Part shown: piece by piece, positions 52,224 through 61,272 of the stretch
Numbering within the stretch: position 1 is the stretch's first letter
Layout of the letters: every line of letters begins with the position of its first letter
Origin: a virus
Virus record (IMG/VR): IMGVR_UViG_3300017971_000033
Strand: one strand, 5' to 3'
DNA: 64,000 nucleotides
Notes under the pieces: generated by a model
Told to the model about the DNA's origin: nothing
The model's database searches: none
What the model saw: only the letters and a program-made list of their open reading frames with translations
Program-made: the position numbers and the translations under genes

Positions 52224-54468
52224 GAACATGACAACAATAATCAGGGATCTGCTAGTCAACAGCGACATCGATCTGCAACGAGTTGACGCCGCAACGCGTA
52301 AGGAAGTCACGGGGCTTTTGAATTCCTTGTCAAAGGAAATAAAAGACAAGCTGACCAAGTGGGACTTTGACGCAGCCGACACGCAGGTGTTCAATCGCAA
52401 GCTGAATCAGATTGTACGTGTGACCGCGCCGAACATTGAAAGAGCTTACCGCGTCATTGAAGATACCGTAGCGGCAGACCTTTCCGATGTCGCGCAGCTA
52501 TCGCAGGAGCAGGTTACTGATGCGGTCAATAGCGCGACCAACATTGAGCTTGTAAGCAATAAGGTTCACTTGTCAAAGCTAAGGGCGCTCGCGGGAAATT
52601 CCATGATAGAAGGCGCGCCGATCAATGAATGGTGGGGCAGGCAAACCGATGTATTCAAGCAGGAGTTTAAAGACCAAATCAGGCAAGGCATGCTGAATGG
52701 CGAAACTATCCCGGACATGATCCGCAGGGTACAAGGTAGCCGCGCCAACCGCTTTCAAGACGGCATCATTGCCCGCGCCGGTAAACGCGCGCACCGCCTT
52801 GTGAGAACCTCTGTGCTGACCGTTGCCAATCAAGCCCGCATGGAAACCTACAAAACCAATGCCAGAGTGATCAAAGGCGTTCAGTGGCTTTCCACGCTCG
52901 ACTCCCGCACGAGTGATATCTGCATGGGGCTTGACGGACAAGCGTGGACACTGGAAGGAAAGAAGATGACCGGCACAACCGTGTCATGGAGTGGCCCGCC
53001 TCCAGCGCACTGGAATTGCCGCAGCACGCTCATCCCAGTGGTCAAGACTTTCACCGAGCTGGCGAAAGAGAAAGGCATCAACAAGAAATTCACGAAGCTA
53101 GACCGCAAGCTACGGATCCGCGCCAGAGCCGCTATGGACGGCAAGCAGGCGCAGGCTATTACATACGAAGGCTGGCTGCGGAAACAATCGCAGGCGCGTC
53201 AGCAGGAGGTTTTAGGGATAACGAAGTGGCGCTTGTGGAGTGCCGGCAAGATTACCGTCCGGGATCTGATAGACCAATCCGGGAATCCACGCACGGCAAA
53301 GCAACTACTCGATGACTTTGGTGGTGGCACTATTAAGCCGCCGCCGATTATTAAGCCGCCACCGCCGCCACCGCCGCCAGTTATCAAGCCGCCGCCGCCG
53401 CCTAAGCCTAAGCCGAAGCCAAAGAAGGATCCTTCACCAGCGCCTAAGCCGACGCCTAAGCCGAAGCCAGCACCAGCACCTGCGCCAGCACCGACCGCGG
53501 CCAAGGTTGAGAAATACCGTACCAATACCATGACGGGCGAGGAGGTTGATGCGCGGAATTACAACAGGTATGCGGCAGTGGGCCGTCAGAAGATCGATTC
53601 AGCGTTTAAGGGCTTGCTATCGCAAGACGAGCTGAATGATTTGCGGCTTTCCGGCGATGATGTCCGCAAGCACGCTATCGGCAAGCAGATATGGGAGAAC
53701 CGCGTCGATGATGATGCGGCAATCAATATTTCCAAAACAATGTCAAAGAGCGCCGTGCCGCGCGACCTCGAGGATGTGAACTTCACCAATACCGAGTTAC
53801 TTAGCAAGCATCGGCTCAAGATCAAGAAAGCTATGCAGAAAATCCGCAAGGATCTACGCTCGCGCTGGCGTGACGAGGTTAAGTGGAAAAGGAACGGCAA
53901 GATGGTGACGACCACGCTGGAGGAAAAAACAAACGACTTTACCAGCCTCTTCAAGTACGGCGACAAGTCGGCTGTTGACAATGCCGGATCTATTCGCTGG
54001 GCGATTGAGGAAGCCTACACAATGGCTGGCGGGCAGATAGCCCCCGGAGCAATCGTCAAGATTATAGCGACAGGCCGCGCCTATGCTAACAAGTTCAAGC
54101 GTGTGCTGAATGTCGGCAGAAGGAAGAAATCAACCATCTTCCACGAGCTCGGCCACTTTATCGAGTTCAATGCCATTCGCGTCGAGAAGGCTGCGCATGA
54201 ATTCCTCGACTCCCGGAAAGCGATTAACTCGCAACGTGGTCTTGACAAGTTCTTCCCGAAGCACGGCTACCGCAACGACGAGTATGCTTACCCCTCGGAT
54301 GTCCTGCATGCCTACATGGGCAAGACTTACCCTGACGGCGCGACCGAAGTGATCTCTATGGGCTTTGAATCATTTGCCAGTGTGGATGGCATGATCGATC
54401 TGTTCTACAAAGACCGCGACTTGTTTGAGATGATCTTGGGAATACTTTACCGCAAACCCGGAGGATAG
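52207..54468 (+). CDS. MuF / SPP1 gp7-family minor head protein fused to a Pro-rich linker and an HExxH C-terminal domain
   Basis: 'VQWLSTLDSRTSDICMGLDG...PPAHWNCRSTLIPV' is the MuF core. The Pro/Lys linker is encoded at 53335-53497. 'TIFHELGHFIEF' (HELGH at 54142-54156). Confidence 0.8.
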   Translation: MMTLPENMTTIIRDLLVNSDIDLQRVDAATRKEVTGLLNSLSKEIKDKLTKWDFDAADTQVFNRKLNQIVRVTAPNIERAYRVIEDTVAADLSDVAQLSQEQVTDAVNSATNIELVSNKVHLSKLRALAGNSMIEGAPINEWWGRQTDVFKQEFKDQIRQGMLNGETIPDMIRRVQGSRANRFQDGIIARAGKRAHRLVRTSVLTVANQARMETYKTNARVIKGVQWLSTLDSRTSDICMGLDGQAWTLEGKKMTGTTVSWSGPPPAHWNCRSTLIPVVKTFTELAKEKGINKKFTKLDRKLRIRARAAMDGKQAQAITYEGWLRKQSQARQQEVLGITKWRLWSAGKITVRDLIDQSGNPRTAKQLLDDFGGGTIKPPPIIKPPPPPPPPVIKPPPPPKPKPKPKKDPSPAPKPTPKPKPAPAPAPAPTAAKVEKYRTNTMTGEEVDARNYNRYAAVGRQKIDSAFKGLLSQDELNDLRLSGDDVRKHAIGKQIWENRVDDDAAINISKTMSKSAVPRDLEDVNFTNTELLSKHRLKIKKAMQKIRKDLRSRWRDEVKWKRNGKMVTTTLEEKTNDFTSLFKYGDKSAVDNAGSIRWAIEEAYTMAGGQIAPGAIVKIIATGRAYANKFKRVLNVGRRKKSTIFHELGHFIEFNAIRVEKAAHEFLDSRKAINSQRGLDKFFPKHGYRNDEYAYPSDVLHAYMGKTYPDGATEVISMGFESFASVDGMIDLFYKDRDLFEMILGILYRKPGG

Positions 54469-54469
54469 G

Positions 54470-54769
54470 ATGATCGGAATCGAAGTAAGGAAAGGAAGGA
54501 ACCGCGCAATAGTCAGCGTCAACAAGCGATGGAATGACGCAGGAAAAATCCAGTTTGAAGGCGATGACCCTCTTGTCAAGGAACTCCGCGCTAGTGTACC
54601 TTTGCTGCGCGGGGCTTTTGGACATATCCTTGGCCGATACGCAGAGCCTGCTGACGTTTGGCATGCGTTAACAATGCAAGGGCCGTTTTATGGCTGGGAG
54701 CTGACCGTGGTAGAAGGGGCGATCGGGGAAAAACTCACCTATCCCGAAGAGCGCAATTCGGTAACCTAG
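54470..54769 (+). CDS. hypothetical protein (possible cognate/immunity partner of MuF C-terminal domain)
   Basis: 99-aa ORF starting 2 nt after the MuF stop. Confidence 0.5.
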   Translation: MIGIEVRKGRNRAIVSVNKRWNDAGKIQFEGDDPLVKELRASVPLLRGAFGHILGRYAEPADVWHALTMQGPFYGWELTVVEGAIGEKLTYPEERNSVT

Positions 54770-54781
54770 AGGAATACGACT

Positions 54782-55870
54782 ATGATGACAGAGCCAATGA
54801 TGGCGCCAATCCATGTGCGCCATATGTCGCTGATCCACGCGCAGCAATATGAACGCGGCCACACCAATCAGACGACCATGCAAACGGGCGGGCAAAAGAT
54901 TAAGTTTGTCAATCCGAACATCGACAACTACCCCGACAATCTGGATTTCTATGCCAAGCGCGTGGAAGAAGGCACTCCGATCTACAAAGCCGGGATGTTG
55001 CAGCCGAACACAACCGCTTATGTCATTGGATCCGGGCCGTCGCTAAAGGAAGAGGATTCGGTCAAGGAAATCCGCAAGGCTTCCAAGGCTGGCAACAAGG
55101 TGCTGTTTGCGTGCAAGCAAGCCATCAAATTCCTGCATGACCAAGGGATCAAGATGGAGTATGGCGTCAGCATGGATCCCGGGGCACATATTGCAAGACC
55201 GGAAAAGATCTATAAAGCTCCCGGCATGACGCACATCATTGCAAGCTCAAGTGATCCTCTGCTATACAAATACCTAAAGGCCGGGATGCCTTTCGCCGAT
55301 TGGTTAGGTACACTGACCGACCAAGAGGCGCAGCGAGTCCTTGAGGATGACTATGACTCTTGGAAAGCTGGTGAGTACGAACCCCCGGACGCTGGGGAGG
55401 ATGCCGCGGAAGTCATGATATTCCACTCAGCGACCGGTTATAAAAACGAAGTCGAGATGTATAACACCAGATTCCCGACTCATGACTGCATGGGCGGCGG
55501 GTATAACGTAGTCAACCGTGCCCTGTCAGCGGCGATCTTCATGGGGGCTGCTGATGCCGTGCTGGTAGGGACAGACTGCGGATGGCGAGAGGATTCCAGC
55601 TTCTATGTTGACGGGGTTGCGCAGCGCAAAGGCGTTGACATGACCGACAAAGGGCTTGTCGAGGGAACTGACGAGAATGGCAATCCACTGGAAAACACCG
55701 AAGGCGCAGGCGTATGGAATACCCGCCCCGACATGCTGGCGAGCGGAGTTGCGCTTGCAAAGCTGGCAAAAAGGAATCCGGGGAAGATCCACTTCTACGG
55801 CCACACGCTTCCCGCGTTACTGGAAAAGAAATCAATGGAATTTCTAGACAAGTGCGCTGAATTTGGTTAG
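54782..55870 (+). CDS. DUF115 / Maf-like (MptE-fold) putative glycosyltransferase
   Basis: 'AYVIGSGPSLKE', 'VLFACKQAIKFLHDQGIKMEYGVSMD', 'GGGYNVVNRALSAAIFMGAADAVLVGTDCGW'. Confidence 0.5.
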   Translation: MMTEPMMAPIHVRHMSLIHAQQYERGHTNQTTMQTGGQKIKFVNPNIDNYPDNLDFYAKRVEEGTPIYKAGMLQPNTTAYVIGSGPSLKEEDSVKEIRKASKAGNKVLFACKQAIKFLHDQGIKMEYGVSMDPGAHIARPEKIYKAPGMTHIIASSSDPLLYKYLKAGMPFADWLGTLTDQEAQRVLEDDYDSWKAGEYEPPDAGEDAAEVMIFHSATGYKNEVEMYNTRFPTHDCMGGGYNVVNRALSAAIFMGAADAVLVGTDCGWREDSSFYVDGVAQRKGVDMTDKGLVEGTDENGNPLENTEGAGVWNTRPDMLASGVALAKLAKRNPGKIHFYGHTLPALLEKKSMEFLDKCAEFG

Positions 55871-55880
55871 CGTCAAGGTC

Positions 55881-55910
55881 TAGTCATGTAGGGACGTTTG
55901 TATTTATAAT
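55881..55910 (+). promoter_or_regulatory. possible sigma-70 promoter upstream of scaffold gene (TAGTCA-18-TATAAT)
   Basis: Perfect -10 at 55905-55910; weak -35 at 55881-55886. Confidence 0.3.
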
Positions 55911-55936
55911 ACTTCACCACTTGAGGAGTTTGGATT

Positions 55937-56752
55937 ATGGCACTAAAGACAATCATCAAAAACCTGACTGACGTTGCCGAACCGCTACGCGATCTTTACA
56001 CCAAGCAAGGTGATTCTTATGTTCTTGACATCGATGACAAGGACTACAAGGCCAAGCTAGATGAGTTCCGCAACAACAATATCGACCTCCGTAAGAAGGT
56101 GGAGTCACTGACCGAAGCGGAGAAGGAAGCCGCGGCGCTGAAAGAGCAAATGGGGCAGTACAAGGATATTGACCCGGAGCGGGCTCGTGAAGCGATTGAG
56201 AAGATGTCGGCGATCGAGGAACAGAAACTTATTGAGGCCGGCCGCATCGACGAAGTTGTCGAAGAGCGGATTGGCCGCAGGCTTGAGAGGCTCAAGTCTG
56301 ATTACGATGGAAGAATCCACAAGCTGGAATCTGAACTTGAAAACTCGCAGGGGTCCGCTGGCAAATACCGCGAGCGGCTCGAGGATGTGTTAATCAACTC
56401 TTCCCTGCAAAACGCTGTCATGGAAGTGGGCACCCCGAAGAAAGGCGCATTGGTTGATATTATTAACCGCGGCAAATCGGTGTGGACGCTGGACGATGAC
56501 AGCAATCCCTTGCCCAAAGCTGACGGCGAAGTCATCTACGGAAAGGACGGTAAACAGCCTATCACAATGGAGGAGTGGGCTCGTTCTCTCTTGATGGATT
56601 CTCCGTTTTTATTTGAGGGCAGTGCTGGAGGCGGTGCCAACGGCAATCTCGGTGTAGACTCCGAAAGGGGTGTTATCAGCAGAAGCAATCAGGACGCGCT
56701 GAATGACAACATCGAGGCAATCGCCAAAGGTGATTACACCATAGGCGAATAG
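55937..56752 (+). CDS. scaffolding protein
   Basis: 271 aa, charged coiled-coil ('KAKLDEFRNNNIDLRKKVESLTEAEKEAAALKEQ'). Lies directly upstream of the coat gene. Confidence 0.6.
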   Translation: MALKTIIKNLTDVAEPLRDLYTKQGDSYVLDIDDKDYKAKLDEFRNNNIDLRKKVESLTEAEKEAAALKEQMGQYKDIDPERAREAIEKMSAIEEQKLIEAGRIDEVVEERIGRRLERLKSDYDGRIHKLESELENSQGSAGKYRERLEDVLINSSLQNAVMEVGTPKKGALVDIINRGKSVWTLDDDSNPLPKADGEVIYGKDGKQPITMEEWARSLLMDSPFLFEGSAGGGANGNLGVDSERGVISRSNQDALNDNIEAIAKGDYTIGE

Positions 56753-56813
56753 TAGTAAATGTCCCGGGGGGACAAGAGACCTATTTTCTTTTAACGCAAT
56801 TGGAGACTGACCA

Positions 56814-57956
56814 ATGTCGAATACTCTTGACAACATTATGGCCAAAATCCTCGCGCGTGGTCTGCTTGCCCTTCGTGAGCAGGCTTCCATGCCGCGACTG
56901 GTGAATGGTGACTACTCACGCGAAGCTGCCGAAAAGGGTGACACGATTGATGTGCCGATTCCTTCCGGTATTACCGCCTCGGATGTTACTCCTGCGCCTG
57001 TTTATTCCAGCGCTTCTAACTCCACTCCGGGCAAGGTTCAGATTCCTCTGGACAACTGGAAAAAGACCAACTTCTATCTGACCGACAAGGACATGGTAGA
57101 AATCGACCGCAACGAGCACTTCATTCCCATGCAAATGAGCGAGGCCATTCGTGCTCTTGCCAATGCCGTGAATGAGGACATCTTTGCGGAGTATAAGGGC
57201 GTCTACGGCTATACCGGCACCGCTGGTACTACGCCTTTCGCCTCTACCGTTGTGGCAGCTACAAACGCTCGCAAGGTCCTGCACCAGCAGCTTGCCCCGC
57301 GCGACAATCGCCGCGGTGTGCTGAGCTACGATGCGGAAGCCAACGCACTCGCGCTGGCACCGTTCGCTGATGCGGAAAAGACCGGCAGCACCGGCGTCAA
57401 GATCGAAGGTGAGATCGGCCGCAAGTACGGCATTGACTGGTATGCGGATGATGCCGTGCCGGTTCATACCGCTGGTGGCGCGACTGCTTCTGCTATTGTG
57501 GTCGGTAGCGCGGTTGCCGCTGGTACCTCCTCGATCGATATGACTGGTGGCAACAACACAACTTTGCTTCCGGGTGACATCTTCACCATTGCAGGTGATA
57601 CGCAGACTTACGTGGTCAATGCCACTGCCGTCATCGTTTCCACCGGCAATGTCGCTGTCAGCATTACGCCTAACCTCAAGGCTGATGCTTCCAGTGAAGC
57701 CGTAACGGTTGTGGGTGATCATACGGTCAATCTGGCTTTCCACCGTGACGCCTTTGCTTTTGCAAACCGTCCGCTGATGCAGAGCACTGCCGACATGCAG
57801 CTCGGTAGCCGCATCATGGCAATGACTGATCCGCAGACCGGTATCAGCCTGCGCCTTGAGGTGTCCCGCCAGTACAAGCAGGTCACTTGGGAACTGGATA
57901 TCCTGTGGGGTGCCAAGCTGGTCCGTCCGGAACTGGCAACCCGTATTGCAGGTTAA
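56814..57956 (+). CDS. major capsid protein (P22 coat / gp5-like family)
   Basis: N-terminus 'ILARGLLALREQASMPRLVNGDYSREAAEKGDTIDVPIP' is typical of the PF11651-type coat. Preceded by the scaffold gene and followed by a strong terminator. Confidence 0.7.
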   Translation: MSNTLDNIMAKILARGLLALREQASMPRLVNGDYSREAAEKGDTIDVPIPSGITASDVTPAPVYSSASNSTPGKVQIPLDNWKKTNFYLTDKDMVEIDRNEHFIPMQMSEAIRALANAVNEDIFAEYKGVYGYTGTAGTTPFASTVVAATNARKVLHQQLAPRDNRRGVLSYDAEANALALAPFADAEKTGSTGVKIEGEIGRKYGIDWYADDAVPVHTAGGATASAIVVGSAVAAGTSSIDMTGGNNTTLLPGDIFTIAGDTQTYVVNATAVIVSTGNVAVSITPNLKADASSEAVTVVGDHTVNLAFHRDAFAFANRPLMQSTADMQLGSRIMAMTDPQTGISLRLEVSRQYKQVTWELDILWGAKLVRPELATRIAG

Positions 57957-57991
57957 TCTCTAACCGGGTAGGCTCAAACGCGAGCCATTGC

Positions 57992-58028
57992 AGCCCCGCT
58001 CCTTCTCCCGAGGGCGCGGGGTTTTTTT
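57992..58028 (+). terminator. intrinsic terminator after major capsid gene
   Basis: CCCCGC (57994-99) ... GCGGGG (58016-21) followed by TTTTTTT (58022-28). Confidence 0.7.
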
Positions 58029-58048
58029 ATAACTACGAGGAGTAAAGT

Positions 58049-58453
58049 ATGAAACTTTCTACAGTCAAAATCCGCAACAAGAAAACCGGCGCAACGACCG
58101 TGATCAATGAAGTCGATTGGGCGCATGATCTTGGTCGTGGTCAGTGGCGCGGATGGGAACGCTATGGCGAGATGCACACGGGCCTTGTAAAAGACAAGCT
58201 CGTGCTGTCAGACAATATGGATACCGCCGACAAAACGCTGCACAAAGCCGTACTGGATTCGATACCGCAAGGGGTTGACATCGAAGAGCCGTCAGGGCAG
58301 AGTCTCTCCAGCGACGAGAAATCTGCTCAACAAGAGCCTGCGTTCATTATTAATGAACAAGCGGAAACGGTGAACAAACCGCGTGGTGTCACAGCAGACA
58401 GTGACGCAAAGAAACCACGCCGCCGCCGCCGTCGCAAAACCGAGGAAAGCTAA
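58049..58453 (+). CDS. hypothetical protein with poly-Arg C-terminus
   Basis: GAGGAG lies before the ATG. Ends 'KKPRRRRRRKTEES'. Confidence 0.55.
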   Translation: MKLSTVKIRNKKTGATTVINEVDWAHDLGRGQWRGWERYGEMHTGLVKDKLVLSDNMDTADKTLHKAVLDSIPQGVDIEEPSGQSLSSDEKSAQQEPAFIINEQAETVNKPRGVTADSDAKKPRRRRRRKTEES

Positions 58454-58522
58454 CCTATCAGGGGAAGTATCAATACCTATCAATCCTCACCAGATTGATA
58501 GTTCACCATAGAGGAGCACAGC

Positions 58523-59326
58523 ATGATTATTACTTCCTTCTCGCAGAAGGGCTATCATGAATACGGGAAGCGGTTTATAGAAGGCTTCCTAAAGCACTGG
58601 AAGGATCAAACACTCACGGTCTACTATGAGCATGGCATCCCGTCAGCCGCGCCGAAGGATGACCGCATTATCTACAAAGACCTTTACTCATTCGATGATT
58701 TCAAGCAGATCGAGGCTGTGCTGAATAACAGTGATCCGATTTACTCCGGGAAACATATCAACCCGCAGAATCCGCAGCAGCAGGTCTACAACTTCCGATA
58801 TGACGCTAATCGGTTCTACCGAAAAGTGTTCGCTATCTGCGACGCATGCCACTCGCAAAACGGAATCGTTGCGTGGGTTGATGCGGACGTAGTATTCAAG
58901 GCCGATATCCCGCCGAACTTCCTGCAAGGCATATTTGCCGTAAAGGAAGGTGAGCCAGAATTCTATATGGCCGTGCTTGAGCGCAAGTGGCTCTACAGCG
59001 AAAACGGTTTTGTCGGCTTCAATACCAACCATCCCGCAAACAATTTCTTTATGCCGCTTTGGTATAACACCTATGCGGAAGGCGCGTTCAAATACCTCGG
59101 AGAATTCCATGATTGTTACTCAATGGACTTTATCCGCACGGCGATGGCTATCCCGTACAAGAACCTGAATCCGAATGAGCAAAGCAACCATCCCTTTCAG
59201 GAGTCAATACTCGGGGAATACATGGAGCACCTCAAAGGCCCGGAGCGGAAAGCGCAAGGCGGTCTGCTAGACAAGGATCCGGGAGTAGAAAAACCGGAAA
59301 CACAAAGGCCGAAGGTGTTGTCATGA
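58523..59326 (+). CDS. putative nucleotide-sugar glycosyltransferase (DxD type)
   Basis: 'GIVAWVDADVVFKADIP' is a DxD motif in a GT-A-like context. Confidence 0.4.
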   Translation: MIITSFSQKGYHEYGKRFIEGFLKHWKDQTLTVYYEHGIPSAAPKDDRIIYKDLYSFDDFKQIEAVLNNSDPIYSGKHINPQNPQQQVYNFRYDANRFYRKVFAICDACHSQNGIVAWVDADVVFKADIPPNFLQGIFAVKEGEPEFYMAVLERKWLYSENGFVGFNTNHPANNFFMPLWYNTYAEGAFKYLGEFHDCYSMDFIRTAMAIPYKNLNPNEQSNHPFQESILGEYMEHLKGPERKAQGGLLDKDPGVEKPETQRPKVLS

Positions 59327-60357
59327 AAAAGACCGCGCTTGTCACCGGCGCCTCGGGGCAGGATGCCGCTTACCTAATCGAGCTATTACTGCAAAAGGGT
59401 TACGAGGTCTATGCAGGCATGCGCAGGACGGCCAGCATGAACCTCTGGCGGCTCAAGGAGCTTAGTCTTGTCACGGAGTCAGAGTATGAGGAACACAATC
59501 CAGCACAAGGCCTGACCTTCCTTAATTTCGATGTGACATGCTCCGCGCAGGTCAACAATGTGATTGATGAGGGACAATTCGACGAGGTATATAACCTTGC
59601 AGCCATGTCCTTTGTCCCGGAGTCATTCGCTTCGCCGGTTGCCACGTTTCAAATAAACGCCGTTGGCGCGCTGAACATCATGGCCGCGATCAACCAGTTC
59701 TCGCCATCCACGAGACTCTACCAAGCTAGCACCTCGGAGATGTTCGGCCTTGTCAATGTCGAGTCACAGGGAGAGGATACGCCATTCCACCCGCGCAGCC
59801 CCTATGCGGTTGCGAAGGTAGCCGCGCACTATGCCGTGCAGAATTACCGCGAAGCATACGAGAATTTCTTTTGCTCCGGGATTCTGTTTAACCATGAATC
59901 ACCGCTCCGGGGTGAAGAGTTTGTAACGCGGAAAATCACCAAGGCTGTTGCGCGTATCGTTGCCGGCAAGCAGCAGTTCCTTGAACTCGGGAACCTCGAT
60001 GCCTACCGCGATTGGGGCCATGCTCGTGATTATGTTTATGCCATGTACCTCATGCTGCAACAGGACGAGCCGGAGGACTTTGTGATTGCCACGGGCGAAA
60101 AGCATAGGGTTTGGGATGTCGTCCACACGGCCTTCACCTATGTCGGCATCGATGTCTGGGCCGAACACCTGATGAAAAACCCGGATCTGATGCGGCCGTC
60201 AGAAGTTCCGCTGTTACTCGGTAATCCAGCAAAGGCGCAGGACAAACTTGGTTGGAAGCGAGCTTATGATTTCGAGACCATGATTCGTGAGATGGTTGAC
60301 TACGACTTATCGAGAGAGGGCGTGGATCCGATCATATACCACGCGCAACTCGCATGA
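59323..60357 (+). CDS. gmd: GDP-mannose 4,6-dehydratase
   Basis: 'ALVTGASGQDAAYLIELLLQKGYEV', 'YNLAAMSFV', 'YQASTSEMFG', 'PRSPYAVAKVAAHY', 'ILFNHESPLRGEEFVTRKIT', 'LGNLDAYRDWGHARDYV'. Confidence 0.9.
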   Translation: MKKTALVTGASGQDAAYLIELLLQKGYEVYAGMRRTASMNLWRLKELSLVTESEYEEHNPAQGLTFLNFDVTCSAQVNNVIDEGQFDEVYNLAAMSFVPESFASPVATFQINAVGALNIMAAINQFSPSTRLYQASTSEMFGLVNVESQGEDTPFHPRSPYAVAKVAAHYAVQNYREAYENFFCSGILFNHESPLRGEEFVTRKITKAVARIVAGKQQFLELGNLDAYRDWGHARDYVYAMYLMLQQDEPEDFVIATGEKHRVWDVVHTAFTYVGIDVWAEHLMKNPDLMRPSEVPLLLGNPAKAQDKLGWKRAYDFETMIREMVDYDLSREGVDPIIYHAQLA

Positions 60358-60605
60358 ATATAGAACTCGATTTTATAAACAAGATCCTCTACATCAAGGA
60401 AGGTATGCGGCTTGCTGAAATCTTTTTGGAGGTTAAAGACCTTTATGCCGATGACCCGGATGTAGAGTTCCCGTTCAAGACCCTTGAGCAACTTGAGGAC
60501 GGGACCGAAGTCTTTTATCTTCACCCCGACTGGAAGTGTTTACCATTCACCAAGAAAGGAGATCCGCTATATGTTGCCCCAGACCGGAGAAAGACAAGTA
60601 GCTGA
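60354..60605 (+). CDS. hypothetical protein
   Basis: 83-aa ORF, ATGA-coupled to gmd. Confidence 0.45.
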   Translation: MNIELDFINKILYIKEGMRLAEIFLEVKDLYADDPDVEFPFKTLEQLEDGTEVFYLHPDWKCLPFTKKGDPLYVAPDRRKTSS

Positions 60606-61236
60606 AACGCTGGACGGTATCAAGCCGAACCACAAGCATAGATATAACTTCGCTATAAACCAGATCAAGGCATTGTTCGGTGACAACCCCAGCATCAACA
60701 TTGTTGACTGCGCCTGCGGTATTGGATACGGCACCTATATGCTCGCCACCGCTTTCCCGGAAGCGCGTGTAATCGGCATCGATATCCATCAGCCTGCTGT
60801 AGATGCTGCTACCCGTGCTTATGGGGAAGGCAATAATAGATTCCAGCAAGCAGACCTCAGCAAGCGCGAAGAGTTTGAGGCTGCGTTGGTGGATGGCTTT
60901 GACGGGGAAAAGCAGAAGGTTGATGTAATCGTCAGCATAGAAACCATCGAGCATGTCAAGGATGATGAGGCATTAATCCAAATGTACGGCGAACATGCTT
61001 CTGTGCTGGTTGGTTCGGTGCCTAACGAGGAAGTGGTACCGTTCAACCGTGACACGCATCCCTTCCACTTTCGCCATTACACAAAAGACGAGTTCACTGA
61101 ACTCTTGTCAAAGTCTGAATACACGGTCAAGCAATGGGCTACTCAGTACGAGAAGATCCCGGGCCATGTCTATGATGCTGATGACGGCATGGGTTTTGTG
61201 GTAACAGCCATTCAAGGCGAAGCTGTCAACGCATAG
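60571..61236 (+). CDS. class I SAM-dependent methyltransferase
   Basis: AAGGAG lies before ATG 60571. Motif I is 'IVDCACGIGYGTY'; also 'VIVSIETIEHV'. Confidence 0.7.
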   Translation: MLPQTGERQVAETLDGIKPNHKHRYNFAINQIKALFGDNPSINIVDCACGIGYGTYMLATAFPEARVIGIDIHQPAVDAATRAYGEGNNRFQQADLSKREEFEAALVDGFDGEKQKVDVIVSIETIEHVKDDEALIQMYGEHASVLVGSVPNEEVVPFNRDTHPFHFRHYTKDEFTELLSKSEYTVKQWATQYEKIPGHVYDADDGMGFVVTAIQGEAVNA

Positions 61237-61272
61237 CAACTTCTGGAAAACACCACGCAGGAGGAAGCAGCC

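Noticed and set aside
56760-56792. Terminator/attenuator between scaffold and coat genes (TGTCCC-GGG-GGGACA)
   Set aside because: The 3-nt all-G loop is strained and the T-rich tract is 9 nt away from the stem. The evidence is too weak to call.
56916-57743. 275-aa minus-strand ORF inside the major capsid gene
   Set aside because: It is antisense to a strongly supported coat gene. Its Arg/Gly/Ser-rich composition is typical of a shadow ORF. It has no SD or coupling context.
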